From Holophagales bacterium (GTDB taxonomy: Bacteria > Acidobacteriota > Thermoanaerobaculia > Multivoradales > Multivoraceae), in contig VXZQ01000004.1 in assembly GCA_009845425.1 (NCBI GenBank), positions 140,585 to 204,584 on the forward strand: a stretch of DNA of 64,000 nt. The letters are read 5' to 3'. Of the stretch, positions 9,632 through 18,206 are shown piece by piece. The notes beneath the pieces are model-generated. The model did not search any database. It had not been told where the DNA came from and saw only the letters and a list, made by a program, of their open reading frames with translations. Both the position numbers and the translations under genes were made by a program. Within the stretch, counting starts at the first letter, position 1, and every line of letters begins with the position of its first letter.

Positions 9632-9700
9632 GCGAAAACCGCCGCTAGCAGCGCAGCGGCGACGGGAAGTCTGCGTGAAGAGCGGCGATCATGTCAGATC

Positions 9701-11302
9701 TCAGGCCGCGCTGTAGGCCCCCTTCCGCCACTCCTCCACCAGCACGAACTTCTGGATCTTGCCGGACGGCGTAAGCGGGAATTCGTCGACGCGGTACCAA
9801 GCCTTCGGCGTCTTCTGTGGCGACAGATTCTCGCGACAGTAGGTGTGGAGCTCGCCGTCGCTCGCCGGGTTCGACGCGTCCGCGTCGCGGACGAAGGCGC
9901 CGACGATCTCGCCCCAGCGCTCGTCCGGCAGACCGACCACCGCGACGTCCGCGACCTGCGGATGCTCGAACAGCAGCTCTTCGATCTCCCGCGGGTAGAT
10001 GTTCTCGCCGCCGCGGATGATCATGTCCTTCAGCCGGCCCGTGATCGTCGTGTAGCCGCGGTCGTCCATCGTCACCAGGTCGCCGGTGTGCAGCCAGCCA
10101 TCCTCGTCGATCGTCTCGGCGGTCTTGTCGGGCATCTCGAAGTACCCGAGCATGACCAGGTAACCGCGGCAGCAGAGCTCGCCCTGCTCGCCGATCGGCA
10201 CCGTGGCGCCGGTCGCGGGGTCGATCACCTTCATCTCGGTCTGAGGCAGCACCGGACCGAGCGTGTTCGCCTTGTCCTCCTCGCTGTCCTCCGGCTTCAT
10301 CAGTGTGACGCCCGGCGACGCCTCCGTCTGACCGTAGATGATGGAGAACTGCACTCCGAGCGTCCTCTCGATCCGCCGCACCAGGTCGGCGGGCACCGTC
10401 GCGCCGCCCGAGCACACGGTGTGGACGGACGACAGATCACGGCTGCCGAAGTCGGGATGCTCCATCACCGCGATCAGCATCGTCGGCACGCCGAGCAGGT
10501 GCGTGGCGCGGAGCTCTTCGACCAGCGCCAGCATGAGCCCGGGTTCGAACATGACCAGGTTGACCAGGGTCGCCTGCTGCTGGCAGGGACCGAGGACGCC
10601 CAGGACGCAGCCCCCCGTGTGGAACAGGGGCATCGGGTTCACGTAGGCGTCGCCGGGCGTGACACCCAGACGCTCGGCGACGAAACGGGCGTTGTTCGTG
10701 ATCCCGCGGTGGTGCAGGTAGGCGCCCTTGGGGAAACCGGTCGTACCTGACGTGTACTGGATCTGGACCGGGTCGTCCGGGCTCACGTCGGGAAGCTCGA
10801 CGTCATCGGGCGCCGAGGCCAGGAACTCCTCGAACTCGTCGAACGGGATGATCTCCCGGAGTTCCGGCAGGCCGTCCGCCACCTGCTTCAGAGACTCCTC
10901 CATCGGATTGCCGCGGAACGAGCGCAGGTAGAAGATGCCGGACGACCGGGACTGACGCAGCACGTACTCGAGTTCCTTCGGCTGGTAGGCCGGGTTGACC
11001 GTCACCAGGACCACGCCCGCGAGTCCCGCGCCGTACTCGAGGAGCACCCACTCCGGAATGTTCGGCGCCCAGACGGCGACCCGGTCGCCCTTCTCGAAAC
11101 GGGCGGCGAGGGCCCGGGCGACGCGCTCCGCGCCCGCCAGCAGTTCGGCGTAGGTCCAGGTTCGCCGCTCTCCGGGCACACCCTCGATCAGCGCTACCGT
11201 GTCCGGGGCCCTGGCCGCGGCGTCGCGGAGAATGCCGCCAACCGTCGTCTCGAGGACGGGTGAACTCGCATCGGCGGGAACGTAGCTCTCGGTCAGCGCC
11301 AT
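9701..11302 (-). CDS. AMP-dependent acyl-CoA synthetase/ligase.
   Basis: AMP-binding motif YTSGTTGFPKGA, plus GYFEMPDKTAE...WLHTGD and a C-terminal PSGKIQKF. Confidence 0.9.
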   Translation of the reverse strand: MALTESYVPADASSPVLETTVGGILRDAAARAPDTVALIEGVPGERRTWTYAELLAGAERVARALAARFEKGDRVAVWAPNIPEWVLLEYGAGLAGVVLVTVNPAYQPKELEYVLRQSRSSGIFYLRSFRGNPMEESLKQVADGLPELREIIPFDEFEEFLASAPDDVELPDVSPDDPVQIQYTSGTTGFPKGAYLHHRGITNNARFVAERLGVTPGDAYVNPMPLFHTGGCVLGVLGPCQQQATLVNLVMFEPGLMLALVEELRATHLLGVPTMLIAVMEHPDFGSRDLSSVHTVCSGGATVPADLVRRIERTLGVQFSIIYGQTEASPGVTLMKPEDSEEDKANTLGPVLPQTEMKVIDPATGATVPIGEQGELCCRGYLVMLGYFEMPDKTAETIDEDGWLHTGDLVTMDDRGYTTITGRLKDMIIRGGENIYPREIEELLFEHPQVADVAVVGLPDERWGEIVGAFVRDADASNPASDGELHTYCRENLSPQKTPKAWYRVDEFPLTPSGKIQKFVLVEEWRKGAYSAA

Positions 11303-11356
11303 CGTGCTCTCCTCTCGTGAGTCGTGAATCGTAGCCCCTTGCTACCCTTCGCGCCC

Positions 11357-12346
11357 ATGACGGAACCAGTCGCCGAGAAGATCCTCGACTCGCTCTACCG
11401 GGTCGTCGTGCCGCTGCCGCGGAATCCGCTCAAGGAAGTGAACAGCTACGTCCTCACCGAGGACGATCGCTTCCTCGTGATCGACACGGGAATGAATCGG
11501 CCCGAGTGCCGCGAGGTCCTGACCGCGGGGCTCGACGAGATCGGCGTCGACCTCGAGAAGACCGACTTCCTGGCGACCCACCTTCACGCCGACCACCACG
11601 GCCTGATTCCGGAACTCCTGCGACCAGGGCGGACTGCTTCGATGGGCGCCATCGACGCCGCGGTGATGGGCCGGACCCACGGCGGCTGGTCCGAGAACAG
11701 CCCGATGGGCGTCTACCTCAGGCGCAGCGGTTTCCCGCCCGACGAACTGGCCGAGTCGTTCCGGCGCCACCCGGGCGCGCGTTTCAGCGGCCAGATGATC
11801 GAGTACGCACCGCTGTATGAAGGCGATGCGATCGAGATCGCCGGCTACCGCCTCGAGGTCATCGACACGCCGGGCCACACGTTCGGCCACATCTCGCTCT
11901 ACGACCGGGCCAGGCGCCTCTTCATCGCCGGCGACCACATCCTGGGCGACATCACCCCGAACATCCAGGCCTGGGCCGACGACCATGATCCGCTGGGCCT
12001 CTACCTCGAGAGCGTCGCCAAGGTCGAAGCGCTGGACGTCGAGCTCTGCCTGCCTGGCCACCGCAGCCTGATCCACGACTTCAAGGGTCGCTGCGCGGAG
12101 CTACGCCGTCACCATGAGGTCCGCGGCCAGGAGATCCTCGACATCCTGCGCGCGAACGGCAGCCGCAACGCCTACCAGACCGCCAGCGAAATGACCTGGG
12201 ACATCCGCGCCAAGTCCTGGGACGACTTCCCGATCATGCAACGCTGGTTCGCCACCGGCGAAGCGATCGCGCACCTGCGCTGGCTGGAGGACCTGGGAGA
12301 ACTGCGGCGGGAAGATGCCGGGGGACGGATTCTCTACAGCGCTTGA
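11357..12346 (+). CDS. MBL-fold metallo-hydrolase.
   Basis: HxHxDH motif (HLHADHHG), plus TPGHTFGH and LPGH. It is divergent from the acyl-CoA ligase. The ORF track offers an alternative GTG at 11324. Confidence 0.8.
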   Translation: MTEPVAEKILDSLYRVVVPLPRNPLKEVNSYVLTEDDRFLVIDTGMNRPECREVLTAGLDEIGVDLEKTDFLATHLHADHHGLIPELLRPGRTASMGAIDAAVMGRTHGGWSENSPMGVYLRRSGFPPDELAESFRRHPGARFSGQMIEYAPLYEGDAIEIAGYRLEVIDTPGHTFGHISLYDRARRLFIAGDHILGDITPNIQAWADDHDPLGLYLESVAKVEALDVELCLPGHRSLIHDFKGRCAELRRHHEVRGQEILDILRANGSRNAYQTASEMTWDIRAKSWDDFPIMQRWFATGEAIAHLRWLEDLGELRREDAGGRILYSA

Positions 12347-12355
12347 GCTAGCGAG

Positions 12356-13303
12356 TCACTCAGCCTTGCCGAGCGTCCCCTCCACTGACGTCTCCATCGA
12401 CGTGGATATGGACATCGAGGAGGCGCCAGCCGGCTGACCTTCCACCTGGGGCATCTCCATCACCATGTCGGTGTCCATGGTCATGTTCATGCTGTAGGCC
12501 GAGGTCAGCCCGGTCGACTCGTCGAGTTCGTACGAGCCAGCGATCGACCCGGAGAGGTTCTCGTAGCGCATCTCCAGGCCGGGCATGCTTGGGAGGCCCG
12601 GAAACTCGAAGCCGGCATCCTCGGCTCCGGAAACCGTCGCCGTGGCATCGATGGACGCCAAACCGTCGCTTCGGTTGGTCAACGTGTACGTCGTCTCGAT
12701 ATCGATACCGAGCGCGCTCACGGAGTCCGTCCATGTGTCTCCGACGGCCACCGGACGATCGGGCAACGACAAACCGGACTGGCCCGTCATCTGCTTGATC
12801 TGGTCTTCTCCGAAGTTCCCTTCAAGGAACTGGCCCATCATGACGCGAAGCTCGTCCGGCGCTTCCAGCCGGTCCAGCATGGCCTCCATCATCGCCTCGA
12901 GCCCGTCGAACTCGACCAACTCGCCGCCGCGAGTCATCACCATCGTGAAGGTCACGCCGACCATTCCCTGGTAGAGGTCGTTCAGGTCGAACGGGGCCTG
13001 ATCCAGGCCAGGCATACCGCCCATCTCCGCCGACACGGATGTCGTCTTGTAGCGCCCGACCACCGTGTCGTCGGATCCCGCCTCGAACACCACGTCGTGG
13101 TCCATCCGCATCGTCATCGATACCTCGATGTCCATCCCCTGCATCTGGGTCCGCGTCCGTGTCTCCGTCGTCGTGGTACCCGCGTAGGTGGTGCCGAGTT
13201 CGGGGTCGAGCCGGTAGACCAACTCCTGGCCAACACAAGCCGTCGAGACGAAGAGCGTCCCCACGAAGGCAAACGTCGCCACAGGTACTCGTTGAATCAT
13301 CAT
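12356..13303 (-). CDS. Hypothetical secreted Met/Thr-rich protein.
   Basis: The ATG at 13301-13303 is preceded by AAAGGAGGAACC. Signal peptide MMIQRVPVATFAFVGTLFVSTAC. Met-rich blocks include MTMRMDHD and MNMTMDTDMVMEM. I recognised no family. The ORF-track extension to 13606 overlaps the DUF4160 gene. Confidence 0.6.
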   Translation of the reverse strand: MMIQRVPVATFAFVGTLFVSTACVGQELVYRLDPELGTTYAGTTTTETRTRTQMQGMDIEVSMTMRMDHDVVFEAGSDDTVVGRYKTTSVSAEMGGMPGLDQAPFDLNDLYQGMVGVTFTMVMTRGGELVEFDGLEAMMEAMLDRLEAPDELRVMMGQFLEGNFGEDQIKQMTGQSGLSLPDRPVAVGDTWTDSVSALGIDIETTYTLTNRSDGLASIDATATVSGAEDAGFEFPGLPSMPGLEMRYENLSGSIAGSYELDESTGLTSAYSMNMTMDTDMVMEMPQVEGQPAGASSMSISTSMETSVEGTLGKAE

Positions 13304-13389
13304 GGTTCCTCCTTTGAATCCGACGGCCGGTCGCCAGTCGATCGTGGTCACTTCCAGCGATGAGCCCAGCCACCGGAGCGGCCTGCTGA

Positions 13390-13650
13390 TCACTCGAGCG
13401 GCGCGATCTTCCCCAGGTCTTCCGAGCGCTGCCCGCGCTTCCAGGCCTGCCGCAGCTCGTCCCGGTGCAGATCGGCCCACTCCATCACCAGGCCGAGAGC
13501 ACGCGGGGGGAGGCGACCTTTCAACACGGTCAGCCTCTCGATGCCGATCAATACGACCGCACCGCCGTACCGGACGTGAAAGTGGGCCGGAGGCGTGTCT
13601 CCACACTCCATTTCGACGACGATCCCGTAGAAGCGACTGACTTCATGCAT
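13390..13650 (-). CDS. DUF4160 domain protein.
   Basis: MHEVSRFYGIVVEMECGDTPPAHFHVRYGG... matches my memory of the conserved DUF4160 N-terminus (RFYGI...PPHFH). Confidence 0.7.
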   Translation of the reverse strand: MHEVSRFYGIVVEMECGDTPPAHFHVRYGGAVVLIGIERLTVLKGRLPPRALGLVMEWADLHRDELRQAWKRGQRSEDLGKIAPLE

Positions 13651-13674
13651 CAGAGCGGCGGCTCCTCACTGTTC

Positions 13675-14235
13675 TCAAGGGCGATTCCCAAGCGTACCAA
13701 TGCTCTCCGCGCCACCGGCGGCTTCCAGCGTCAGGCCCGCGGTCGTCGTGACCTTCGTGCCGGCCGGGATGTCCTCCGTCACGACGCAGTTCACCCCGAT
13801 GAAGACGTCGTCGCCTATCTCGATGCTCCCGATCAGGCGACTGCCGGCGCCGACGAAGACGTTGTCGCCGAGGGTCGGCATCTGGTCCAGGCGCCTGCCG
13901 GTCGGGGCGCCGATCGTGACCTGGTGGAGCAACGTTCCGTTGCGCCCGATGCGCACGCCGTTGCCGATCACCAGGCCGATGCCGTGGCTGATGAACAGAC
14001 CAGGTCCGATGCGTGCCCCCGGCGCGATGTCGACGCTGTTGAGAAAGAGCGACAGCCTGGCGACGAACGGCCCCAGGACCGGGATGCGACGGCTCTTGAA
14101 CCAGTGGGCGATCCGGTAGAGCACGACAGCCTGATAGCCGTTCTCGAACAGCAGCGACTCGAGCACGTAGAAGGGGAACGGCTTGGTCTTGATCGCGCGC
14201 AGGCGGCGCGTGTCCTCGCGCAGGTTCTTCAGCAC
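13675..14235 (-). CDS. Serine O-acetyltransferase-like hexapeptide acyltransferase (polysaccharide O-acetylation type).
   Basis: LKNLREDTRRLRAI...YRIAHWF...IAPGARIGPGLFISHGIGLVIGNGVRIG...IGDDVFIGVNCVV shows a left-handed beta-helix repeat. The GTG at 14233-14235 avoids overlap with vapC; the ORF track gives 14280. Confidence 0.8.
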   Translation of the reverse strand: MLKNLREDTRRLRAIKTKPFPFYVLESLLFENGYQAVVLYRIAHWFKSRRIPVLGPFVARLSLFLNSVDIAPGARIGPGLFISHGIGLVIGNGVRIGRNGTLLHQVTIGAPTGRRLDQMPTLGDNVFVGAGSRLIGSIEIGDDVFIGVNCVVTEDIPAGTKVTTTAGLTLEAAGGAESIGTLGNRP

Positions 14236-14239
14236 GGGA

Positions 14240-14614
14240 CTACTGGACAATCTCCAGCTCGGGTACATCGGCGAAGTCACGCTCGTTGAGCGTCCAGAGC
14301 GCGGCGCCCTGAACCAGGGCGCACGCCGCGATCGCGATGTCCGCCTGGCGAGCGCGGGGCCGCGAGACGACTTCGTAGATCTCGGCGGCTCGAGCCGCGG
14401 CCTCGGCGTCGAACGGCACGGCGGCAGCGGCCGGCAGGATCTGCTCCTGCGCCAGTCGCTCCGCCACCGTTCGCGGTCCGCGAAGCCACTCGTACAGAAC
14501 CAGTGTGGAGATACCCAAACGGTGGCCGTCCTCGACGAAGGACATCAGCCGGTCAAACGAACGGTGAGGAGACACCAGAGCGTCCACCAGGGCCGAGGTG
14601 TCAAGGTGAATCAT
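14240..14614 (-). CDS. vapC: PIN-domain toxin VapC.
   Basis: 124 aa with MIHLDTSALVDAL at the N-terminus and acidic residues spaced as in PIN domains (YEWL, QADIAIAA, NERDF). It has a 4-nt overlap with the upstream small RHH gene. Confidence 0.85.
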   Translation of the reverse strand: MIHLDTSALVDALVSPHRSFDRLMSFVEDGHRLGISTLVLYEWLRGPRTVAERLAQEQILPAAAAVPFDAEAAARAAEIYEVVSRPRARQADIAIAACALVQGAALWTLNERDFADVPELEIVQ

Positions 14615-14898
14615 CGCCGATCGGAGTCGCGGTCCCAGCCGACACGACGGGATTCGCGGATCTCACGCAACTCGGCCTCGACCGCCTCCGCCGAGCCCGT
14701 CACCTGCGCGCTGCGCAGTCGGCCGAGCACTTCCAGCATGCGGAGCCGCTCGACCTCGCTCAGCCTGTCGCAACGGGCCGCATAGTCGGCGATCGCCTCG
14801 CGGACGATCTGGCTCTGGGGTTTGCCGAGCCGCTCCGCCGTTCGCCGAAGGCGCCGGACGGTAGCTTCGTCGAGTGAGTAGGTCGCGCGCACCACCAT
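14611..14898 (-). CDS. vapB: Ribbon-helix-helix (CopG-like) antitoxin VapB.
   Basis: 95 aa with MVVRATYSLDEATVRRLRRTAERLGKPQSQIVREAIADY, a beta-strand plus two helices typical of RHH. It is paired with vapC. Confidence 0.8.
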   Translation of the reverse strand: MVVRATYSLDEATVRRLRRTAERLGKPQSQIVREAIADYAARCDRLSEVERLRMLEVLGRLRSAQVTGSAEAVEAELREIRESRRVGWDRDSDRR

Positions 14899-14913
14899 AA
14901 GGTGGCAATACTG

Positions 14914-15873
14914 TCATAACTGCCCCGAACCTGCAGCCTGCGCGTGCTCCTCGCGCAGGTCGATCCCCGGCGGCGGCGCCATCGGCGTCCGGAGACCCTC
15001 GATCACGCCGCGGAGCTTGGCGATGACGGCGCCCTGGTTGCCGCGGACGAGTTCGCGAAAGAAGGCCAGGAAGAGGCCTGCCGAGAGAAACAGGAGGAAC
15101 GAGCACCATTGCGCCGGCCCACCGTAGCGGCGCACGAACAGGGCGGCGCTGCGGCCGTTGAAGAACGTCCGCGAGGCCCGGTAGCCGCCGACCGTCCGGG
15201 CCACCATGTGGTACAGCACGGCCCGGTGCGCGTAGTAGCAGCGGTAGCCGCGCTCCTTCATCCGCATGCACCAGTCCGCGTCGTCGAGCGCGAGGTGGAA
15301 CAGCGGATCCCAGAGGCCGATCTCCTCGACGACGCTCCGGCGCACCAGCATGGCGCAGCCGTTCACGTAGGGCACTTCCTCGTCTCGGTCGTATTGGCCG
15401 CGATCGACCTGGCCTTCGCCCCGCTCGCGGGTCATCGACTCGCGAAAGCGAATGCGGCCGCCGGTGGACCACAGCCGGTCGCGCTCCCCGTGGTAGAGGA
15501 TCTTCGGACCCACGCAGCCGATGCCGGGATCCGCCTCGGCTACCGCGACGAGTTCGTCGAGGAAGTCCGGCTCGACTTCGATGTCGTTGTTGAGCAACAG
15601 GAGGTAGTCCACGCCGCGGTCGACGGCAAGTTCGATCCCCTTGTTCATGCCGTAGACGACGCCCTGGTTTTCCTCCACCCGGATCTGGGTCACACCTGGA
15701 TGCGCGGCAGCGACCGCCTCGGACGAGCCGTCGCTGGAGCCGTTGTCGATGTGGATCAACTCGCAGGCGGGATAGGTCATCGCTTCGAGGCTCGCCAACG
15801 CCTGCAGCGTGATGTCGCGTCCGTTGTAGTTCAGGACGAGGGCGGCGACGGTTGGTGCTCCCTGTCCAGCCAC
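14914..15873 (-). CDS. Family 2 glycosyltransferase.
   Basis: VAALVLNYNGRDITLQALASL...IHIDNGSSDGS...LLLNNDIEV is a GT-A fold signature. Confidence 0.85.
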   Translation of the reverse strand: MAGQGAPTVAALVLNYNGRDITLQALASLEAMTYPACELIHIDNGSSDGSSEAVAAAHPGVTQIRVEENQGVVYGMNKGIELAVDRGVDYLLLLNNDIEVEPDFLDELVAVAEADPGIGCVGPKILYHGERDRLWSTGGRIRFRESMTRERGEGQVDRGQYDRDEEVPYVNGCAMLVRRSVVEEIGLWDPLFHLALDDADWCMRMKERGYRCYYAHRAVLYHMVARTVGGYRASRTFFNGRSAALFVRRYGGPAQWCSFLLFLSAGLFLAFFRELVRGNQGAVIAKLRGVIEGLRTPMAPPPGIDLREEHAQAAGSGQL

Positions 15874-15915
15874 GCAGGTCAGCGTAACGTAGACGCGGCG
15901 GCTAACATCCGCGCC

Positions 15916-17364
15916 ATGCGCCGCTGCCTCCTAGCTGCCGCGCTCATCCTGCCGTGCGTGGCGCCACCCGCGCTTGCGCAGCCGGCGGACGAGCCGCCGC
16001 CGACACCAATCTGGCCCGGCTTCCGTGGGCCGGACGGCATCCCCGTCTCGGACAACGAACGGCTGCCGCTCCACTGGTCGACCACCGAGAACGTCGAATG
16101 GAGCGTCGAGGTGCCGGGTTCCGGCTGGTCGTCGCCGATCATCGTCGGCGACACCATCTTCCTGACCACGACGGCCAGATCGACCGAGGCGACCAAGCGG
16201 CCGGAGTTCGGCACCGAGTACAGCAACGAGTTCATGCGCGAGCTGCGCGAACAGGGGCTTCCCTGGGAGGAAGTCCTGAAGCGCCACGACGAACGCTTCA
16301 TCGAGTTCCCCGACGAAGTCGATCTCGACTACCAGTTGATCGCCTACTCGCTCGAGGACGGCGCCGAGCTCTGGCGGCGGACCTTCTTCGCCGGACCGCC
16401 GCCCGGGGGCCGCCACTCGAAGAACACGTTCGCCTCCGAGACGCCGGTCACCGACGGCGAGACCATCTTCGTCTACGTCACCGGTCTCGGCCTGTGGGCC
16501 TACTCGCTGGAGGGCGAGCTGCGCTGGGAGAGGCGGCTCGACCCGTTCCAGATCTACATGGACTTCGGGACCGGCGGTTCGCCCGCCCTCACGGACGACC
16601 TGGTCGTCATCCTGAACGACAACCAGGAGCATCCGTTCCTGGCCGCCTTCTCCAAACAGGACGGCCGCGAGTTCTGGCGCACGGCCCGGGGACGGCTCGC
16701 CGCTCCGCACGCCCCGAACCATCGAACTTCCTGGAGCACACCCTTCGTCTGGCGTCACGACGAGCGCACCGAGATCGTCGCCCTCGGCCCCTACACGGCG
16801 ATCAGCTACGACACGATGGGGCGCGAGCTGTGGCGGCTGACGCGGCACTCGCTGCTCCCTGTGCCGACGCCCTTCGCCTACGACGGCCTGCTCTACGTGA
16901 CGTCGGGCGTCCACGGAGACCAGAATCGCCCGATCACCGCGATCCGCCCGGGCGCCGCCGGCGATCTCACCTTGGCCGAGGACGAGACGAGCAACGACTA
17001 CGTCGTCTGGAACGACAACCGCGCCGGCACCTACATCCCGACACCGATTCCCTACAAGGGCTCCCTGTGGGTGGTCTACGACCGCGGCATCTTCGCCCGC
17101 TACGACGCGGCCACCGGGGAACGCCTGTACCGATCGCGAATCAATGACTCGAACGGCCACTTCACGACATCGCCCTGGGCCTACCGGGACCGCATCTTCG
17201 CCACCGACGAGGCCGGCACGACGTTCGTGTTCGGAACCGGCGACGAGTTCGAGCAGCTCCACGCGAATCCGCTGGATGAGATGACTCTCGCTTCTCCGGC
17301 GCTTGCCGGCGACCGGCTGGTCATGCGAACGCGATCGAAGCTGTACAGCTTCCGGGAGCCGTAG
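15916..17364 (+). CDS. PQQ-like (BamB-like) beta-propeller repeat protein, secreted.
   Basis: The ATG at 15916 gives the signal peptide MRRCLLAAALILPCVAPPALA. Repeated W-containing blades follow (WSVEVPGSGWSSPIIVGDTIFLTT, ELWRR, LRWER, EFWRT, ELWRL). The upstream 324 codons of the track ORF are antisense to the GT2 gene. Confidence 0.75.
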   Translation: MRRCLLAAALILPCVAPPALAQPADEPPPTPIWPGFRGPDGIPVSDNERLPLHWSTTENVEWSVEVPGSGWSSPIIVGDTIFLTTTARSTEATKRPEFGTEYSNEFMRELREQGLPWEEVLKRHDERFIEFPDEVDLDYQLIAYSLEDGAELWRRTFFAGPPPGGRHSKNTFASETPVTDGETIFVYVTGLGLWAYSLEGELRWERRLDPFQIYMDFGTGGSPALTDDLVVILNDNQEHPFLAAFSKQDGREFWRTARGRLAAPHAPNHRTSWSTPFVWRHDERTEIVALGPYTAISYDTMGRELWRLTRHSLLPVPTPFAYDGLLYVTSGVHGDQNRPITAIRPGAAGDLTLAEDETSNDYVVWNDNRAGTYIPTPIPYKGSLWVVYDRGIFARYDAATGERLYRSRINDSNGHFTTSPWAYRDRIFATDEAGTTFVFGTGDEFEQLHANPLDEMTLASPALAGDRLVMRTRSKLYSFREP

Positions 17365-17377
17365 CGCAGCAAAGACT

Positions 17378-17418
17378 GGGTGCGCCGGCCTGGGTGCGCC
17401 GGCCTTCTGGCCGGCATC
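17378..17418 (-). repeat. REP-like GC-rich hairpin repeat, copy 2 (inverted orientation), between convergent genes. It contains a 14-nt tandem duplication.
   Basis: Plus-strand sequence gggtgcgccggcctgggtgcgccggccttctggccggcatc. The hairpin is GCCGGCC-TTCT-GGCCGGC. The unit tgggtgcgccggcc is present twice, at 17377-17390 and 17391-17404. Confidence 0.75.
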
Positions 17419-17421
17419 TCC

Positions 17422-18189
17422 TTATCTGACGGGATTCATGTCGAGTTCCAGGCGGTCGAAGAACTCGATGCGACTCGGCATCGTCGCCTCGATCGTCTCC
17501 ACCATTTCGCGGGAGATCCGCTCCGGGCGGTGCCGGACCGCGAAGAAGGGACCGAAGCTCTCGGCGACGTCCTCCCGGCCGGGATGGTCGCGGGCGTAGT
17601 CGGAGATGTACCCGCCGTCCGCGGCCTGAGCGGCGAGCCAGGCATCGGCGGCCGCGTGGACCGGATCCAGGGAGGTGTGCGCCGCCTCGTGCATCAGGAT
17701 CTCCTCCAGCACACCGTCGCGCAGGTACTCCGCCGCCTTTCCCGTGTGGATCAGGATGTTGTCGTTCCCGCCTCCGAAGGGCTGGTCGCCCCGGTGGATC
17801 CACACAGTCTCGACCAGCGTCCGCAGGCCCGCTGGCAGTTGCCCGATGGCCCGGGCGTAGAACGCCGCGTGGCGCTTGGCGGTGGCGGCATCGCCGAACT
17901 CCACGTTGACCTGAACCTCCACGGTCGTCTCACCCTCGAACGCAGCGTTGAACAGGAAGGCATCGGTCGGCACGAACGCGTCAGCCCGCCGGTCGAACAT
18001 CCTGCGGGTGTCCAGCCCCGCGTAGTCGAGACTCCGCAGGGCGGACGGGTCGGACGCAACGATGAGATCGGGATCGATGAAGGCGGTGCCGCGATAGGGC
18101 GGCTCCTGGGGCACCGGCTCCGGCGTAGCACAGGCGAGGCTGAGCAACAGGACGGTGACAGGCGCGGAGCTTTCTCGTAACCGGAACAC
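17422..18189 (-). CDS. Hypothetical lipoprotein with an HExxH motif (putative zinc metallopeptidase-like).
   Basis: Lipobox LLSLAC and the motif ILMHEAAHTSL. I recognised no family. Confidence 0.5.
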   Translation of the reverse strand: MFRLRESSAPVTVLLLSLACATPEPVPQEPPYRGTAFIDPDLIVASDPSALRSLDYAGLDTRRMFDRRADAFVPTDAFLFNAAFEGETTVEVQVNVEFGDAATAKRHAAFYARAIGQLPAGLRTLVETVWIHRGDQPFGGGNDNILIHTGKAAEYLRDGVLEEILMHEAAHTSLDPVHAAADAWLAAQAADGGYISDYARDHPGREDVAESFGPFFAVRHRPERISREMVETIEATMPSRIEFFDRLELDMNPVR

Positions 18190-18206
18190 GGCGGCTGGCC
18201 TGGCGA

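Noticed and set aside
9640-9700. The hairpin gccgct-agcagcgc-agcggc downstream of the acyl-CoA ligase, and the hairpin cgcgag...ctcgcg at 29333-29365, as terminators.
   Set aside because: The stems are only 6 bp, the loops are large and there is no U-tract. That is insufficient to annotate them.
13303-13390. A possible remnant of a DUF2442 partner gene downstream of DUF4160 (minus-strand reading ...LEVTTIDWRPAVGF).
   Set aside because: Only about 25 codons are available, there is no start codon, and the resemblance rests on a single IDW(R)P-like motif. That is too weak to call.
14892-14905. A short palindrome CCACC-ATAA-GGTGG spanning the vapB start codon, as a possible VapB operator.
   Set aside because: The arms are only 5 nt and there is a single copy. 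That is not distinguishable from chance without comparative or binding data.
14944-15915. The first 324 codons of the 806-aa plus-strand ORF (14944..17364).
   Set aside because: They run antisense to a well-supported GT2 gene, have an Arg/Ala/Gly-rich composition typical of out-of-frame high-GC translation, and a clean signal peptide begins at the internal ATG at 15916.
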